From an uncultured Fibrobacteraceae bacterium (GTDB lineage: Bacteria > Fibrobacterota > Chitinivibrionia > Chitinivibrionales > Chitinispirillaceae): DNA of 64,000 bases. The position numbers and the translations under genes are program-made. Under the pieces are notes generated by a model that did no database searches, was not told the origin of the DNA, and saw nothing but the letters and a program-made list of their open reading frames with translations. The stretch is taken from assembly GCA_964651515.1 (NCBI GenBank), contig CAZYYB010000001.1:15068-79067 (forward strand), given 5' to 3'. Every line of letters starts with the position of its first letter. The stretch's first letter is position 1. Below are positions 26,439 to 35,699 of the stretch, piece by piece.

Positions 26439-29400
26439 AACCGAAGAAATTCAGCTTCAGCGCCATCATCAGAAAAATGGGCGAGGAACAACCGGAGCGC
26501 CGCGGAGCCGCTGCCGAAGCTCCGGACACGTTCCCTGCTGCGGAGCGCCGTGCCGCACGGGAAGAGCGGACGGGCTCCTTTCGCGGCGACGAGCGGCTCG
26601 ATTCCCGGTCCCTGAAAAGCGCATCGATCCATTCTGAAAAAAGGGAGAGTTCCTCCGGCGCGGCAAAAAATTCCGCATCGCGTTTTCGAACCGGCAACGC
26701 GGACAGCGAGGAGGAGCTCGAATTCGACTTTTTCCGGTATCTCGGGATCATTCTCCAGCGGAGAAGGCCGGTCGCCATCGTCATGCTCCTGGTGACGTCC
26801 TTCTGCATTTTTCAGTATGTCAACAGCGAGCGGCTCTATACGGCCCATGCGCAGCTGCGGTTCAAACCGGAGGACAAGGAACTCATCGGCGATGACGGTC
26901 CCCGCAATCCCGGAAACCAGGAGACCGCCCTCAACACGCATCTGGAGCTCTTGAAATCGAATGCGGTGCTCTCCATGGTCGCCGACAGCTTCGGCAACCG
27001 GGTCCATGTGGCGCAGATCGAGCACTATCTTTCCATTGCCCAGGGGCAGACGAACCGCGAGCGGAACGACCTGATCGAGCTTTACTACCAGAACCCGGAC
27101 GCCAGGCTCGCCCGCGACGTTCTCAACGAGCTGTGCCAGGCATACATCAATTACCAGAAGGAAGTTAACGCCCAGGAAATCACCGCGCTTCTCTCAAAAC
27201 TCGGGGAACAGGTCAATAAATTCCAGGCCGAGCTGGACCTGAAGGAGGGCGACCTGCGGCGATTCAAGGAAGAGAACCGGATGGTGGAACTCTCCGACGA
27301 GACCAATCTGACCGTTTCGAAACTGTCGGAACTCGAGCTCGACCTGCAGAAAACGGAGATGAGTCTTCTCGAAGGCCGGGAGAAGGACCAGGCGGTTACT
27401 TCGCAGATCGGCAAGCAGACCCCGGATGTGGTGCAGTCGGTTACCTATATCGATCCGACGAAGGACAAGCTCGCCCAGCTCGAACTGGAATACAATACCC
27501 TGTCCGCCGAAAACAGTCCGGAGCACTTCAAGGTCAAGATACTCAAGGAAGAGATCGAAAAGCTCAAGAGAGCCGAGGCCGATACCATGACGCGCGAAGC
27601 CACCTCGCAGACGCTCGTCAACAACCCGATTCTCCAGTCGCTCCTCCAGGATAAGGTCGACTGGAATGTCGATCGCTCATCGCTCGAAGCGAAACGGCAG
27701 GCGCTGATCAATGAGGTCAAAAACCTCAACGCCGACCTGTTCAAACTTCCGGCGGTGCAGCAGCGCTACGCCTTCCTGGAGCGTGAGACCGAGTCGCTCG
27801 TCCAGACGCTCAAGCTCCTGAAATCCAAGCAGGCGGAGGCGCAGGTCCAGCGGGACGGCCAGAAGATCGATATCATCATCCAGAACCTGGCCTCGTTGCC
27901 GACGCAGGCGGTCCCGAGCGTCAAATTCATCACCGTCATCATGGGGCTTTTCATCGGCCTCATTTTCGGCGTGGGCCTCGCCTTTCTCCTCGAATACCTC
28001 GATCAGAGTGTCAAGGATCCCATCCAGATCGAGAAAAACCTCGATCTCCCGCTCCTGGGCATCGTTCCGGTGATCGAAACCAATAAGGCGCTCATTCAGC
28101 AGTTCGCCGACCTTGAGAAAAAAGTCCTGGAACCGTTCCGTTCCCTCCGGGCGAACCTCAAGCACCTTGCCGCCATGCACAACAGCAAGGTGTTCATGAT
28201 CTGCAGCGCGATCAAGGGCGAGGGAAAAACCACCCTCGCCGCGAATCTCGCCATTACCTTCGCCGTCGACGGAAAGAAAACCATCCTGGTGGATGCCGAC
28301 CTGCGCCGCTCCCAGATGCACTCGCTCTTCGCGATCCCGAAGGAGCTCGGCCTCACCGACTACCTCCTCGGCGTGCATACCGTTGACGAGGTGCTCAAAA
28401 CGACCGTGCTGGAAAACCTCTCCCTCATCACCTCGGGCGAGCGGCCGCATAACCCTTCGGAACTCGTCGGCACCTACCGGTTCGACCTTCTTGTAAAGGA
28501 GCTCCGCGACCGGGCCGATATTATTATTTTCGATTCTCCCGCCCTGCTGCCGGTCAGCGATGCGCTTACCATGGCGCCGAAGATGGACGGCAGCGTGATG
28601 GTATTCCGCACCAACTGGACGCCGCTCAAGGCGGCCAAGCAGGCAAAGCACCAGATCGCCCGCCTCGGGTGCACCATATTCGGCGGCATCTTCAACGGCG
28701 TTTCGCTTCATCGCAGCTATTACCCCTATTATTACGGGTACTACGGATATTACTCCTATAGCAAGTATACCTACGACGACGATAAAAAGAAGGGCTCCGC
28801 GTTCCGGGAATTCGGCCTCCGGCTCGAAAATGGATTCAGGAAGGGCGTGCAGGGGATCCGGTACGGCGCGCCGAAATATATTGCCGCCGCCCGCAGCTTC
28901 GGCCGTCTGTTTGCCGGGAGGCGCGCCCTGCCGGCGATTCTTCTCGCGTGCGGTCTTTCCGCCGCGGGTATATGGTCTTTACACCGCGCTCTCTATGCGC
29001 GGCAGCACCGGGCGGCCATCGCAAGCCTGGTAACCGCGGCGGCACCTGCGGCCGCGCCGTCGTCCGGCGTTTCTCAAGCCGCACCGAAAGATACCGCCTC
29101 GATCATGTCCGATCCGCTCCCCGCCGATCCGGAGGGAAGGACCGATGCGCCGCTCACGCCGGAAGCGGGGAGCGGGCTCTGGTTCGCCGCGCTGAAGGCC
29201 TCGGATCTCGATGGCTACCTGAGGCTCTACGATTCCGTTGATTTTCAATTTTCCGGCGGTAATTTTTCCCGGTGGCGGGAGCGCGCGAAGGCTTATTTCG
29301 CCCGGTATCAGGGTTCTTCCTACACCCTCGACAGCGTATGGCGGCAGGTGTGCCCGCCGCCCGGCATAGAAACCCGTCTCAGGCTGACCATGGTGAGCGG

Positions 29401-29494
29401 CCCGGATACCACGCGACTCGTCAAGGCGCTCTCGTGGAAAAACGGCAGGGGCGGCTGGAGGATTATCGGTGATAAAACCGGCCGGGCGTTGTAG
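26435..29494 (+). CDS. Wzz chain-length determinant / BY-kinase fusion with extra C-terminal TM + NTF2-like region
   Basis: 1019 aa. Wzz TM region, coiled coil, Walker A SAIKGEGKTT, DIIIFDSPALLPVSDA, Tyr cluster YYPYYYGYYGYYSYSKYTY, then ~250 further aa. ATGA overlap with the upstream gene. Confidence 0.85.
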   Translation: MKPKKFSFSAIIRKMGEEQPERRGAAAEAPDTFPAAERRAAREERTGSFRGDERLDSRSLKSASIHSEKRESSSGAAKNSASRFRTGNADSEEELEFDFFRYLGIILQRRRPVAIVMLLVTSFCIFQYVNSERLYTAHAQLRFKPEDKELIGDDGPRNPGNQETALNTHLELLKSNAVLSMVADSFGNRVHVAQIEHYLSIAQGQTNRERNDLIELYYQNPDARLARDVLNELCQAYINYQKEVNAQEITALLSKLGEQVNKFQAELDLKEGDLRRFKEENRMVELSDETNLTVSKLSELELDLQKTEMSLLEGREKDQAVTSQIGKQTPDVVQSVTYIDPTKDKLAQLELEYNTLSAENSPEHFKVKILKEEIEKLKRAEADTMTREATSQTLVNNPILQSLLQDKVDWNVDRSSLEAKRQALINEVKNLNADLFKLPAVQQRYAFLERETESLVQTLKLLKSKQAEAQVQRDGQKIDIIIQNLASLPTQAVPSVKFITVIMGLFIGLIFGVGLAFLLEYLDQSVKDPIQIEKNLDLPLLGIVPVIETNKALIQQFADLEKKVLEPFRSLRANLKHLAAMHNSKVFMICSAIKGEGKTTLAANLAITFAVDGKKTILVDADLRRSQMHSLFAIPKELGLTDYLLGVHTVDEVLKTTVLENLSLITSGERPHNPSELVGTYRFDLLVKELRDRADIIIFDSPALLPVSDALTMAPKMDGSVMVFRTNWTPLKAAKQAKHQIARLGCTIFGGIFNGVSLHRSYYPYYYGYYGYYSYSKYTYDDDKKKGSAFREFGLRLENGFRKGVQGIRYGAPKYIAAARSFGRLFAGRRALPAILLACGLSAAGIWSLHRALYARQHRAAIASLVTAAAPAAAPSSGVSQAAPKDTASIMSDPLPADPEGRTDAPLTPEAGSGLWFAALKASDLDGYLRLYDSVDFQFSGGNFSRWRERAKAYFARYQGSSYTLDSVWRQVCPPPGIETRLRLTMVSGPDTTRLVKALSWKNGRGGWRIIGDKTGRAL

Positions 29495-29555
29495 GGGTTC
29501 CCCCGGTGAAACGGGAGCAGGCCGCGCGCCTGGAGAAGGAGGACGATTGTTCGAC

Positions 29556-30857
29556 ATGATTGCGCGGGTGCTGCTGCTCGGCGCCTTCGTCTTCCAGGCC
29601 GGTGCGCAGGCGCCGCCCCCCCCCTCTTCCCTGTCGCCGCGACTCGAATCTTTTTCGGGCGAGGTGGTCGTCACGTCGGCGGCGGGCGGGCAGATTCCCG
29701 TGCAGGCGGGAATGCTCCTGCATGAAGCCGATGAACTCCGGACCCTCGGAGCGGCACAGGCGGAGGTCATTTTCGGGACCGTCGCCCGGATCGATTGCGA
29801 CGAGTACTCCGATATCCTTTTCGACCACCTGAAGGCCCTGCCGGACAGCGGCGTGAGCTTTGCCGTGCGGCAGAAAAGCGGTACCTGCTGGTTCAAGGTG
29901 GGGTTAGGCGGCATACCCGGCCTGTGCAGGATCGTCACCCCCGCCGCCCTGGTTACCGCGGAAGGCAAAGCCGCCGATTTTCTCGTGGATGTACAAACCG
30001 ACCGGATGTCCATCTCGTGCATGGGGGGAACCGTTCATGCCGACATGAACGGCAGTGCCGAACAGATCAACCTTATTTCGGGACAGACGGTGGTCGCCTT
30101 CACCGACGGCAGGCCGTTGCAGCTTTCGCGATTCGCTCCGGACATCGGGGTCGCCGAGCGGTCGGCGCAGTTCGTTTCCGGAAGGAACCCTCCCGGGAGG
30201 GACACTGCCGACGGAGGGAATATCGGGGACCGGCGGAATCGGCCGCTCGACGTCGTCATCTGCGCCCCCCCCTATTTCTTCGGCCTGGCAAGCATTCAAC
30301 CCGACAAGGGGGTCGTCACCATCGTGTACCTGCCGTCGCGACTCCTTGTCAACGAGTATATGCAGGGCGTCGAAACCCTCGGCCAGGCTTACCGTTATGG
30401 AGGAGCCGCATTCGTCGCCTCCCTTCTGGAACCCCTGTTCGATATCCCTCTCGTCAAATACTGCGTCGTCTCGCGGGGAACGGCGGTGCAGTGCGCCGAA
30501 CTGCTCGGCAACGGTTCTTCCGTAGCCGGAAGCCGGCAGATCATGAAATTCCTTTCCGCGGACAATCAATCGGCCGACGAGGACCAGGGGGGCATCGAGG
30601 CAATTTTCGACGCCCTGTTCGATGGCCTCAGGGACCGGAACATGGCGCTGACGCCGTCGATGGTCAGCGAGGTGCTGCAATCCATGCAGACCAATATCGA
30701 TGCCGCCGAATTCATGGAAGTGTATGACCGTTTTCATTCCGGAAGAGGGTGGACCCGGCGCGATGTGATCCTGCCGGCCATCGAGAAACCCGACCGGGAA
30801 GGGGCGCTGTACGAGCCCGACGAAGTACGTTGCCGCCAGATTTTGAAAAACAACTGA
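29556..30857 (+). CDS. Secreted FecR-domain protein with degenerate LCP-like C-terminal region
   Basis: Signal MIARVLLLGAFVFQAGAQA after GGAGAAGGAGG. FecR-like middle segment. C-terminal pattern ..VTIVYLPSR..LGQAYRYGG..DIPLVKYCVV is weakly LytR/CpsA/Psr-like. Confidence 0.5.
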   Translation: MIARVLLLGAFVFQAGAQAPPPPSSLSPRLESFSGEVVVTSAAGGQIPVQAGMLLHEADELRTLGAAQAEVIFGTVARIDCDEYSDILFDHLKALPDSGVSFAVRQKSGTCWFKVGLGGIPGLCRIVTPAALVTAEGKAADFLVDVQTDRMSISCMGGTVHADMNGSAEQINLISGQTVVAFTDGRPLQLSRFAPDIGVAERSAQFVSGRNPPGRDTADGGNIGDRRNRPLDVVICAPPYFFGLASIQPDKGVVTIVYLPSRLLVNEYMQGVETLGQAYRYGGAAFVASLLEPLFDIPLVKYCVVSRGTAVQCAELLGNGSSVAGSRQIMKFLSADNQSADEDQGGIEAIFDALFDGLRDRNMALTPSMVSEVLQSMQTNIDAAEFMEVYDRFHSGRGWTRRDVILPAIEKPDREGALYEPDEVRCRQILKNN

Positions 30858-30889
30858 ACCCCGACCGCCCCATCACCGGAGTCGCCACT

Positions 30890-31768
30890 ATGAAGATTCT
30901 TATCGTCGGACACAACGGCATGCTGGGAAACGACATGCTCACCGCCGCCGCCCGTGCCGGTCACGAGGCGTGCGGCATTGACTTTCCTGACATCGACCTT
31001 ACCCGGCCCGAAAGCGTCCGCGCCGGGGTGCTCGACAGGCGTCCGGACGCGGTCGTCAACTGCGCCGCCTTTACCGCGGTGGATGCCTGCGAGACCGAGG
31101 CCGGCAAGGCGTTTGCCGTCAATGCCCTTGGGGCGGGAAACCTCGCCCGCGCGGCGGATGAGGCGCGGAGCGTCCTGGTGCATTACAGCACCGACTATGT
31201 TTTCGACGGCCGCGCGACGGTCCCCTATGTCGAGTCCGATCCGACCGGTCCCCGGTCGGTGTACGGCAGGTCCAAACTCGAAGGGGAGCGGCTGGTGACG
31301 GAGGGCAGCGCCCGGTCGTTCATCATCAGGATCGCGTGGCTGTACGGCACGACCGGCAATAATTTCGTAAAGACCATCCGGAAGCTGGCGCAGAAAAACG
31401 GGGCGGCCGGGAGCCCGGTGCGCGTGGTCAATGATCAGGTCGGATCGCCCACCTGTACACTCGACGTGTGCGCCCAGACGCTCTGCCTCCTCGAAAGCGG
31501 TCGCTTCGGCCTCTACCACGGCACGAGCGAAGGGCAGTGTTCGTGGTACGACTTCGCCCGGGCAATTGCCCGGGCCGCAGGGTACGGGACGATCGTCGAA
31601 CCCTGTACGACCGCCGAGTTTGCCCTGGTCGCTCCCCACTCCGCCCCCCGGCCGTCATGGAGCGTCCTTGAAAACGCCGCATTGAAAAGGCTCGGCCTCA
31701 ACCGGATGCCCCACTGGGAAGAGGCTTTTTCGGCATTTCTGAAAGCAGAGGCGCAATCCCTGCGGTAA
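30890..31768 (+). CDS. rfbD: dTDP-4-dehydrorhamnose reductase
   Basis: MKILIVGHNGMLG..., VVNCAAFTAVDACE, HYSTDYVFDG. Confidence 0.9.
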   Translation: MKILIVGHNGMLGNDMLTAAARAGHEACGIDFPDIDLTRPESVRAGVLDRRPDAVVNCAAFTAVDACETEAGKAFAVNALGAGNLARAADEARSVLVHYSTDYVFDGRATVPYVESDPTGPRSVYGRSKLEGERLVTEGSARSFIIRIAWLYGTTGNNFVKTIRKLAQKNGAAGSPVRVVNDQVGSPTCTLDVCAQTLCLLESGRFGLYHGTSEGQCSWYDFARAIARAAGYGTIVEPCTTAEFALVAPHSAPRPSWSVLENAALKRLGLNRMPHWEEAFSAFLKAEAQSLR

Positions 31769-31788
31769 GAGGTTATTTTTCTACCATT

Positions 31789-32787
31789 ATGAAAAACATC
31801 CTCGTCACCGGCGGTGCCGGATTCATCGGCGCCAATTTCGTCCACTATCTTCTCGGCCACCGCGACGACCTGCTGGTCGTCAATCTCGATTCCCTCACCT
31901 ATGCCGGGAACCCCGATAATCTTCGATCCGTGGAGCACGACCCGCGCTACCGGTTCGTGAAAGGGGACATCCGGGATTTCAGCCTCCTGACCGCGCTCTT
32001 TGCCGAATGCGGCATCGACACGGTGGTCCATTTCGCGGCCGAGTCCCATGTCGATCGCAGCATTACCGAGCCGGATCAATTCGTCCAGACCAATGTTCTC
32101 GGAACCCACACGCTTCTGCGCGTCGCCAGGGCCGCATGGGAGGGCGCCTTCGAAGGAAAGCGTTTCCTGCACGTCTCCACCGACGAGGTCTACGGTTCGC
32201 TCGGCGAAGGCGGTTACTTCACCGAGGAAACGCCCCTTTCGGCAAACAGCCCCTACTCGGCCAGCAAGGCGGGAAGCGATCTCCTGGTACGGGCCTACTT
32301 CGAAACCTTCCGCCTTCCGGCGATCATCACCCGATGCTCCAATAACTACGGCCCCTACCAGTTTCCCGAAAAACTCATCCCTCTCATGATCACGAATGCG
32401 CTTCTGGGCCTTACACTCCCGGTGTACGGCGACGGCCTGAATGTTCGCGACTGGCTCTTCGTGGAGGACCACTGCGCCGCCATCGAAAGGGCGATCGTCA
32501 ATGGCGCCCCCGGACAGGTTTATAACATCGGGGGTAACAATGAAAAGTGCAACATCGACATCGTTCGCCTCATCCTCGCCAGGCTCGGCAAACCCGACAG
32601 CCTCATCGGCTTCGTGAAAGATCGTCCGGGACACGACCGCCGGTATGCCATCGATGCCGCGAAGATCCGGCGTGAACTCGGCTGGACCCCGTCGGTGACC
32701 TTTGAACAGGGGATCGAGCGTACGATAGCCTGGTATTGCGATAACCGCTTATGGTGGGAGCGGCTCAGGCAGGGTTCTCCCGCCTGA
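31789..32787 (+). CDS. rfbB: dTDP-glucose 4,6-dehydratase
   Basis: ILVTGGAGFIGANFV, HFAAESHVDRS, YSASKAGSDLLVRAY. Confidence 0.93.
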   Translation: MKNILVTGGAGFIGANFVHYLLGHRDDLLVVNLDSLTYAGNPDNLRSVEHDPRYRFVKGDIRDFSLLTALFAECGIDTVVHFAAESHVDRSITEPDQFVQTNVLGTHTLLRVARAAWEGAFEGKRFLHVSTDEVYGSLGEGGYFTEETPLSANSPYSASKAGSDLLVRAYFETFRLPAIITRCSNNYGPYQFPEKLIPLMITNALLGLTLPVYGDGLNVRDWLFVEDHCAAIERAIVNGAPGQVYNIGGNNEKCNIDIVRLILARLGKPDSLIGFVKDRPGHDRRYAIDAAKIRRELGWTPSVTFEQGIERTIAWYCDNRLWWERLRQGSPA

Positions 32788-32942
32788 GCCGCATTGATTC
32801 CGGTCCCGCAGGCCCCGTTTGCTTCAACCGGCGCAAAAATTCTATTATATTTAACGGGATGATTATCCCGGCCCGCGGCGCATTCCGCAGGAATCGTCGG
32901 AAGGGGTGGTATCTTATTTTTTTTTGAGGGGAGCGCTGGGGT

Positions 32943-34775
32943 ATGTGTGGAATCGTCGGCTATATCGGCAATCGGGACGCCTGTCCCATCCTGCTTGCAG
33001 GACTGACTTCGCTCGAATACCGGGGGTACGACAGTGCGGGAATTGCATTAACAGATGGAAAGACCGCGCAGATAATAAAGGATAAGGGTAATGTCGGGCA
33101 CCTCAAGGAGATCCTGAAGCACTCCCCGCCGATCGGTACGACGGGGATCGCGCATACCCGCTGGGCAACGCACGGCGAGCCCTCGCAGATCAATGCCCAT
33201 CCGCACACCGATAGTCTCAACCGCGTAGCGGTAGCGCATAACGGCATCATCGAAAATTACTCGGCCCTCAAGGACAAAATGAAGGACGAGGGCGTCAGCT
33301 TTTGCTCGGAAACCGACTCCGAGGTCCTTTCGCAGCTCATCGGCCGCTACTATACCGACGGCGACCTTGCCGCCGCGGTCCGCCGGGCACTCCTGGACAT
33401 CGAAGGAACGTTCGGCATCGCGGTAATTGCTTTTGATAACCCCGACGTCCTGGTCGGCGCCCGGAAAGGTTCGCCGCTTGTCGCCGGCATAGGGACCGAC
33501 GAACTGTTTCTCGCCTCCGACGCCTCGGCCGTGGTCAGTCATACCAAAAACGTGATCTATCTCAAGGACGGCAACCTCATCGAGATGCGCAAGGGCGGCG
33601 TCTTTCACACCATGACGCTCGACAATCATGCGGTGAGCCCGGAGATCCAGCACATCGAATGGAATGCCGATGCGCTGGCCAAGGGCGGGTTCAGCCATTT
33701 CATGCTGAAAGAGATATTCGAACAGCCCGATACCATGAAGAACGCGATGCGCGGAAGGCTGCTCGTCGAGGAGGGGACCTCACGGCTCGACGGCCTTAAC
33801 CTCGTGCTGCCGGAACTGCGCTCCATCCAGCGGATCATCCTCATCGGATGCGGAACGAGCTGGCATGCCGGTCTCATCGGCGAATACATGATCGAGGAGA
33901 TCGCGGGCATCCCCGTCGAGGTGGAGTATGCGTCCGAGTTCCGTTACCGGAACCCGATCATCGATCCCCAGACCGTCGTTTTCGTCATCAGCCAGTCGGG
34001 CGAGACCGCCGATACCCTCGCCGCACTGCGCGAAGCCGCAAACCGCGGCGCCACGGTGCTCGGGATCTGCAATGCCGTAGGATCGAGCATCGCCCGCGAA
34101 ACGCACGGCGGCGTCTACCTGCACGCGGGCCCCGAGATCGGCGTCGCGTCGACCAAGGCCTTTACCTCGCAGGTTACCGTCCTGGCGCTTCTGACCCTGC
34201 TTCTGGGTCGCATGCGGCGCATCTCGCACCCCGAGGGCGTGAAGATCGCGAAGGCTCTCGCCGAAATTCCGAATCAGGCCGCGAAGATCCTGAAGCAGAA
34301 CGACGAGATCCTCGAGATCGCCCGTACGTACTATGAGCACAATAATTTTCTCTACCTCGGACGATCCTACAACTTTCCGGTGGCGCTCGAAGGTGCGCTC
34401 AAACTGAAGGAAATTTCCTACGTGCATGCCGAAGGGTACGCGGCCGCGGAAATGAAGCACGGTCCGATAGCGCTCATCGATAAGAACATGCCGACCGTGG
34501 TGATCGCCCTCCGGGACAGCATCTACGAGAAGGTGATCTCCAATATCCAGGAGATCAAGGCGCGGGGAGGCAGCATCATCGCGGTTGCCTCGGAGGGCGA
34601 CCGGCAGATCGCCAAGCACGCGCAGCATGTTATTTACATACCCGAAACCGTCGAAATGCTCTCGCCGCTTCTCGCGGTGATCCCGCTGCAGCTCCTCGCC
34701 TACCATATCGCCGCACTGCGCGGCTGCGCCATCGATCAGCCGCGCAATCTGGCTAAATCGGTGACGGTGGAGTAG
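32943..34775 (+). CDS. glmS: Glutamine--fructose-6-phosphate aminotransferase
   Basis: 610 aa. MCGIVGYIG N-terminus, two SIS domains, C-terminal NLAKSVTVE. Confidence 0.97.
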   Translation: MCGIVGYIGNRDACPILLAGLTSLEYRGYDSAGIALTDGKTAQIIKDKGNVGHLKEILKHSPPIGTTGIAHTRWATHGEPSQINAHPHTDSLNRVAVAHNGIIENYSALKDKMKDEGVSFCSETDSEVLSQLIGRYYTDGDLAAAVRRALLDIEGTFGIAVIAFDNPDVLVGARKGSPLVAGIGTDELFLASDASAVVSHTKNVIYLKDGNLIEMRKGGVFHTMTLDNHAVSPEIQHIEWNADALAKGGFSHFMLKEIFEQPDTMKNAMRGRLLVEEGTSRLDGLNLVLPELRSIQRIILIGCGTSWHAGLIGEYMIEEIAGIPVEVEYASEFRYRNPIIDPQTVVFVISQSGETADTLAALREAANRGATVLGICNAVGSSIARETHGGVYLHAGPEIGVASTKAFTSQVTVLALLTLLLGRMRRISHPEGVKIAKALAEIPNQAAKILKQNDEILEIARTYYEHNNFLYLGRSYNFPVALEGALKLKEISYVHAEGYAAAEMKHGPIALIDKNMPTVVIALRDSIYEKVISNIQEIKARGGSIIAVASEGDRQIAKHAQHVIYIPETVEMLSPLLAVIPLQLLAYHIAALRGCAIDQPRNLAKSVTVE

Positions 34776-34839
34776 GGAACGGCCGGGGCATGGCGTACCG
34801 CTCGAACGACACCCACCGGCCGGCCGCGGAGCTTACCCC

Positions 34840-35664
34840 ATGAGGCAGCAGGAGTACGAAGTCAAGCTCGATGTCTTCGAGGGGCCGCTCGATCTGCTGC
34901 TCTACCTGGTTACCAGGGCCGAGGTCAATATCACGGAATTGCCGCTGGCCGAGATTACGACGCAGTATCTCACGTATCTCGATCTCTTACGCGAGGTCAA
35001 TATCAACATCGCCGCCGAGTACCTTCACATGGCGGTGACGCTCACCTACCTGAAGGCGCGGGAGCTCCTGCCGCCCATCGAGGGTGAAGAGGCGCTTTCC
35101 GGCGACGAGGGGATTTATAACCGGGAAGAGCTCATCCGTCAGCTGCTCGAATACCAGAAGTTCAAGCAGGCGGCCGGCGTACTCAAGAATTTCGAGACCG
35201 AACAGATCCACATTTTCAAACGCGGAGCGCCGGAAGCGATCGAGGCGCCGCCCGACGGCGAGGACGGCGGCGTCGACCTCGGATCCCTGTCGCTTTTCGA
35301 TCTTCTTTCCGCGTTCCGACAGGTCCTGACGCGGGCAAGCACCGAGGAGGATCACCGGCATGTCGTGCAGCTCGACACGGTGAAGATCGACGACCGCATC
35401 GAGCATGTGCTCGCCATGGTCGTCGAGGGCGGGGAAGTGAATTTCGAGTCGCTCTTCGGCGACGACCTTCGCAAGATCGTCATCGTGGTCACCTTCATGG
35501 CAATTCTTGAACTGGTAAAAATGCAGGAGATCGTGTTCCGCCAGGAGGAGCGATTCGGGCCGATCATGGTTTCGCGACGGCAACGGTCCGGCGAAGCGGC
35601 TTCCGCGTGGGGAGCTGCCGTCCCTCCCGGAACGGCGGCTCCCGTGGATGCGCCCGCCGCCTGA
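34840..35664 (+). CDS. scpA: Segregation and condensation protein A
   Basis: VKLDVFEGPLDLLLYLV....NI.ELPLAEITTQYL. Confidence 0.88.
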   Translation: MRQQEYEVKLDVFEGPLDLLLYLVTRAEVNITELPLAEITTQYLTYLDLLREVNINIAAEYLHMAVTLTYLKARELLPPIEGEEALSGDEGIYNREELIRQLLEYQKFKQAAGVLKNFETEQIHIFKRGAPEAIEAPPDGEDGGVDLGSLSLFDLLSAFRQVLTRASTEEDHRHVVQLDTVKIDDRIEHVLAMVVEGGEVNFESLFGDDLRKIVIVVTFMAILELVKMQEIVFRQEERFGPIMVSRRQRSGEAASAWGAAVPPGTAAPVDAPAA

Positions 35665-35699
35665 AACGTCCCAGCAATCATCCGCACGAATGAACGGGA

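Noticed and set aside
32788-32942. glmS ribozyme upstream of glmS.
   Set aside because: The 155-bp leader looks like a plain promoter region (ATTCTATTATATTT), with no recognisable ribozyme core.
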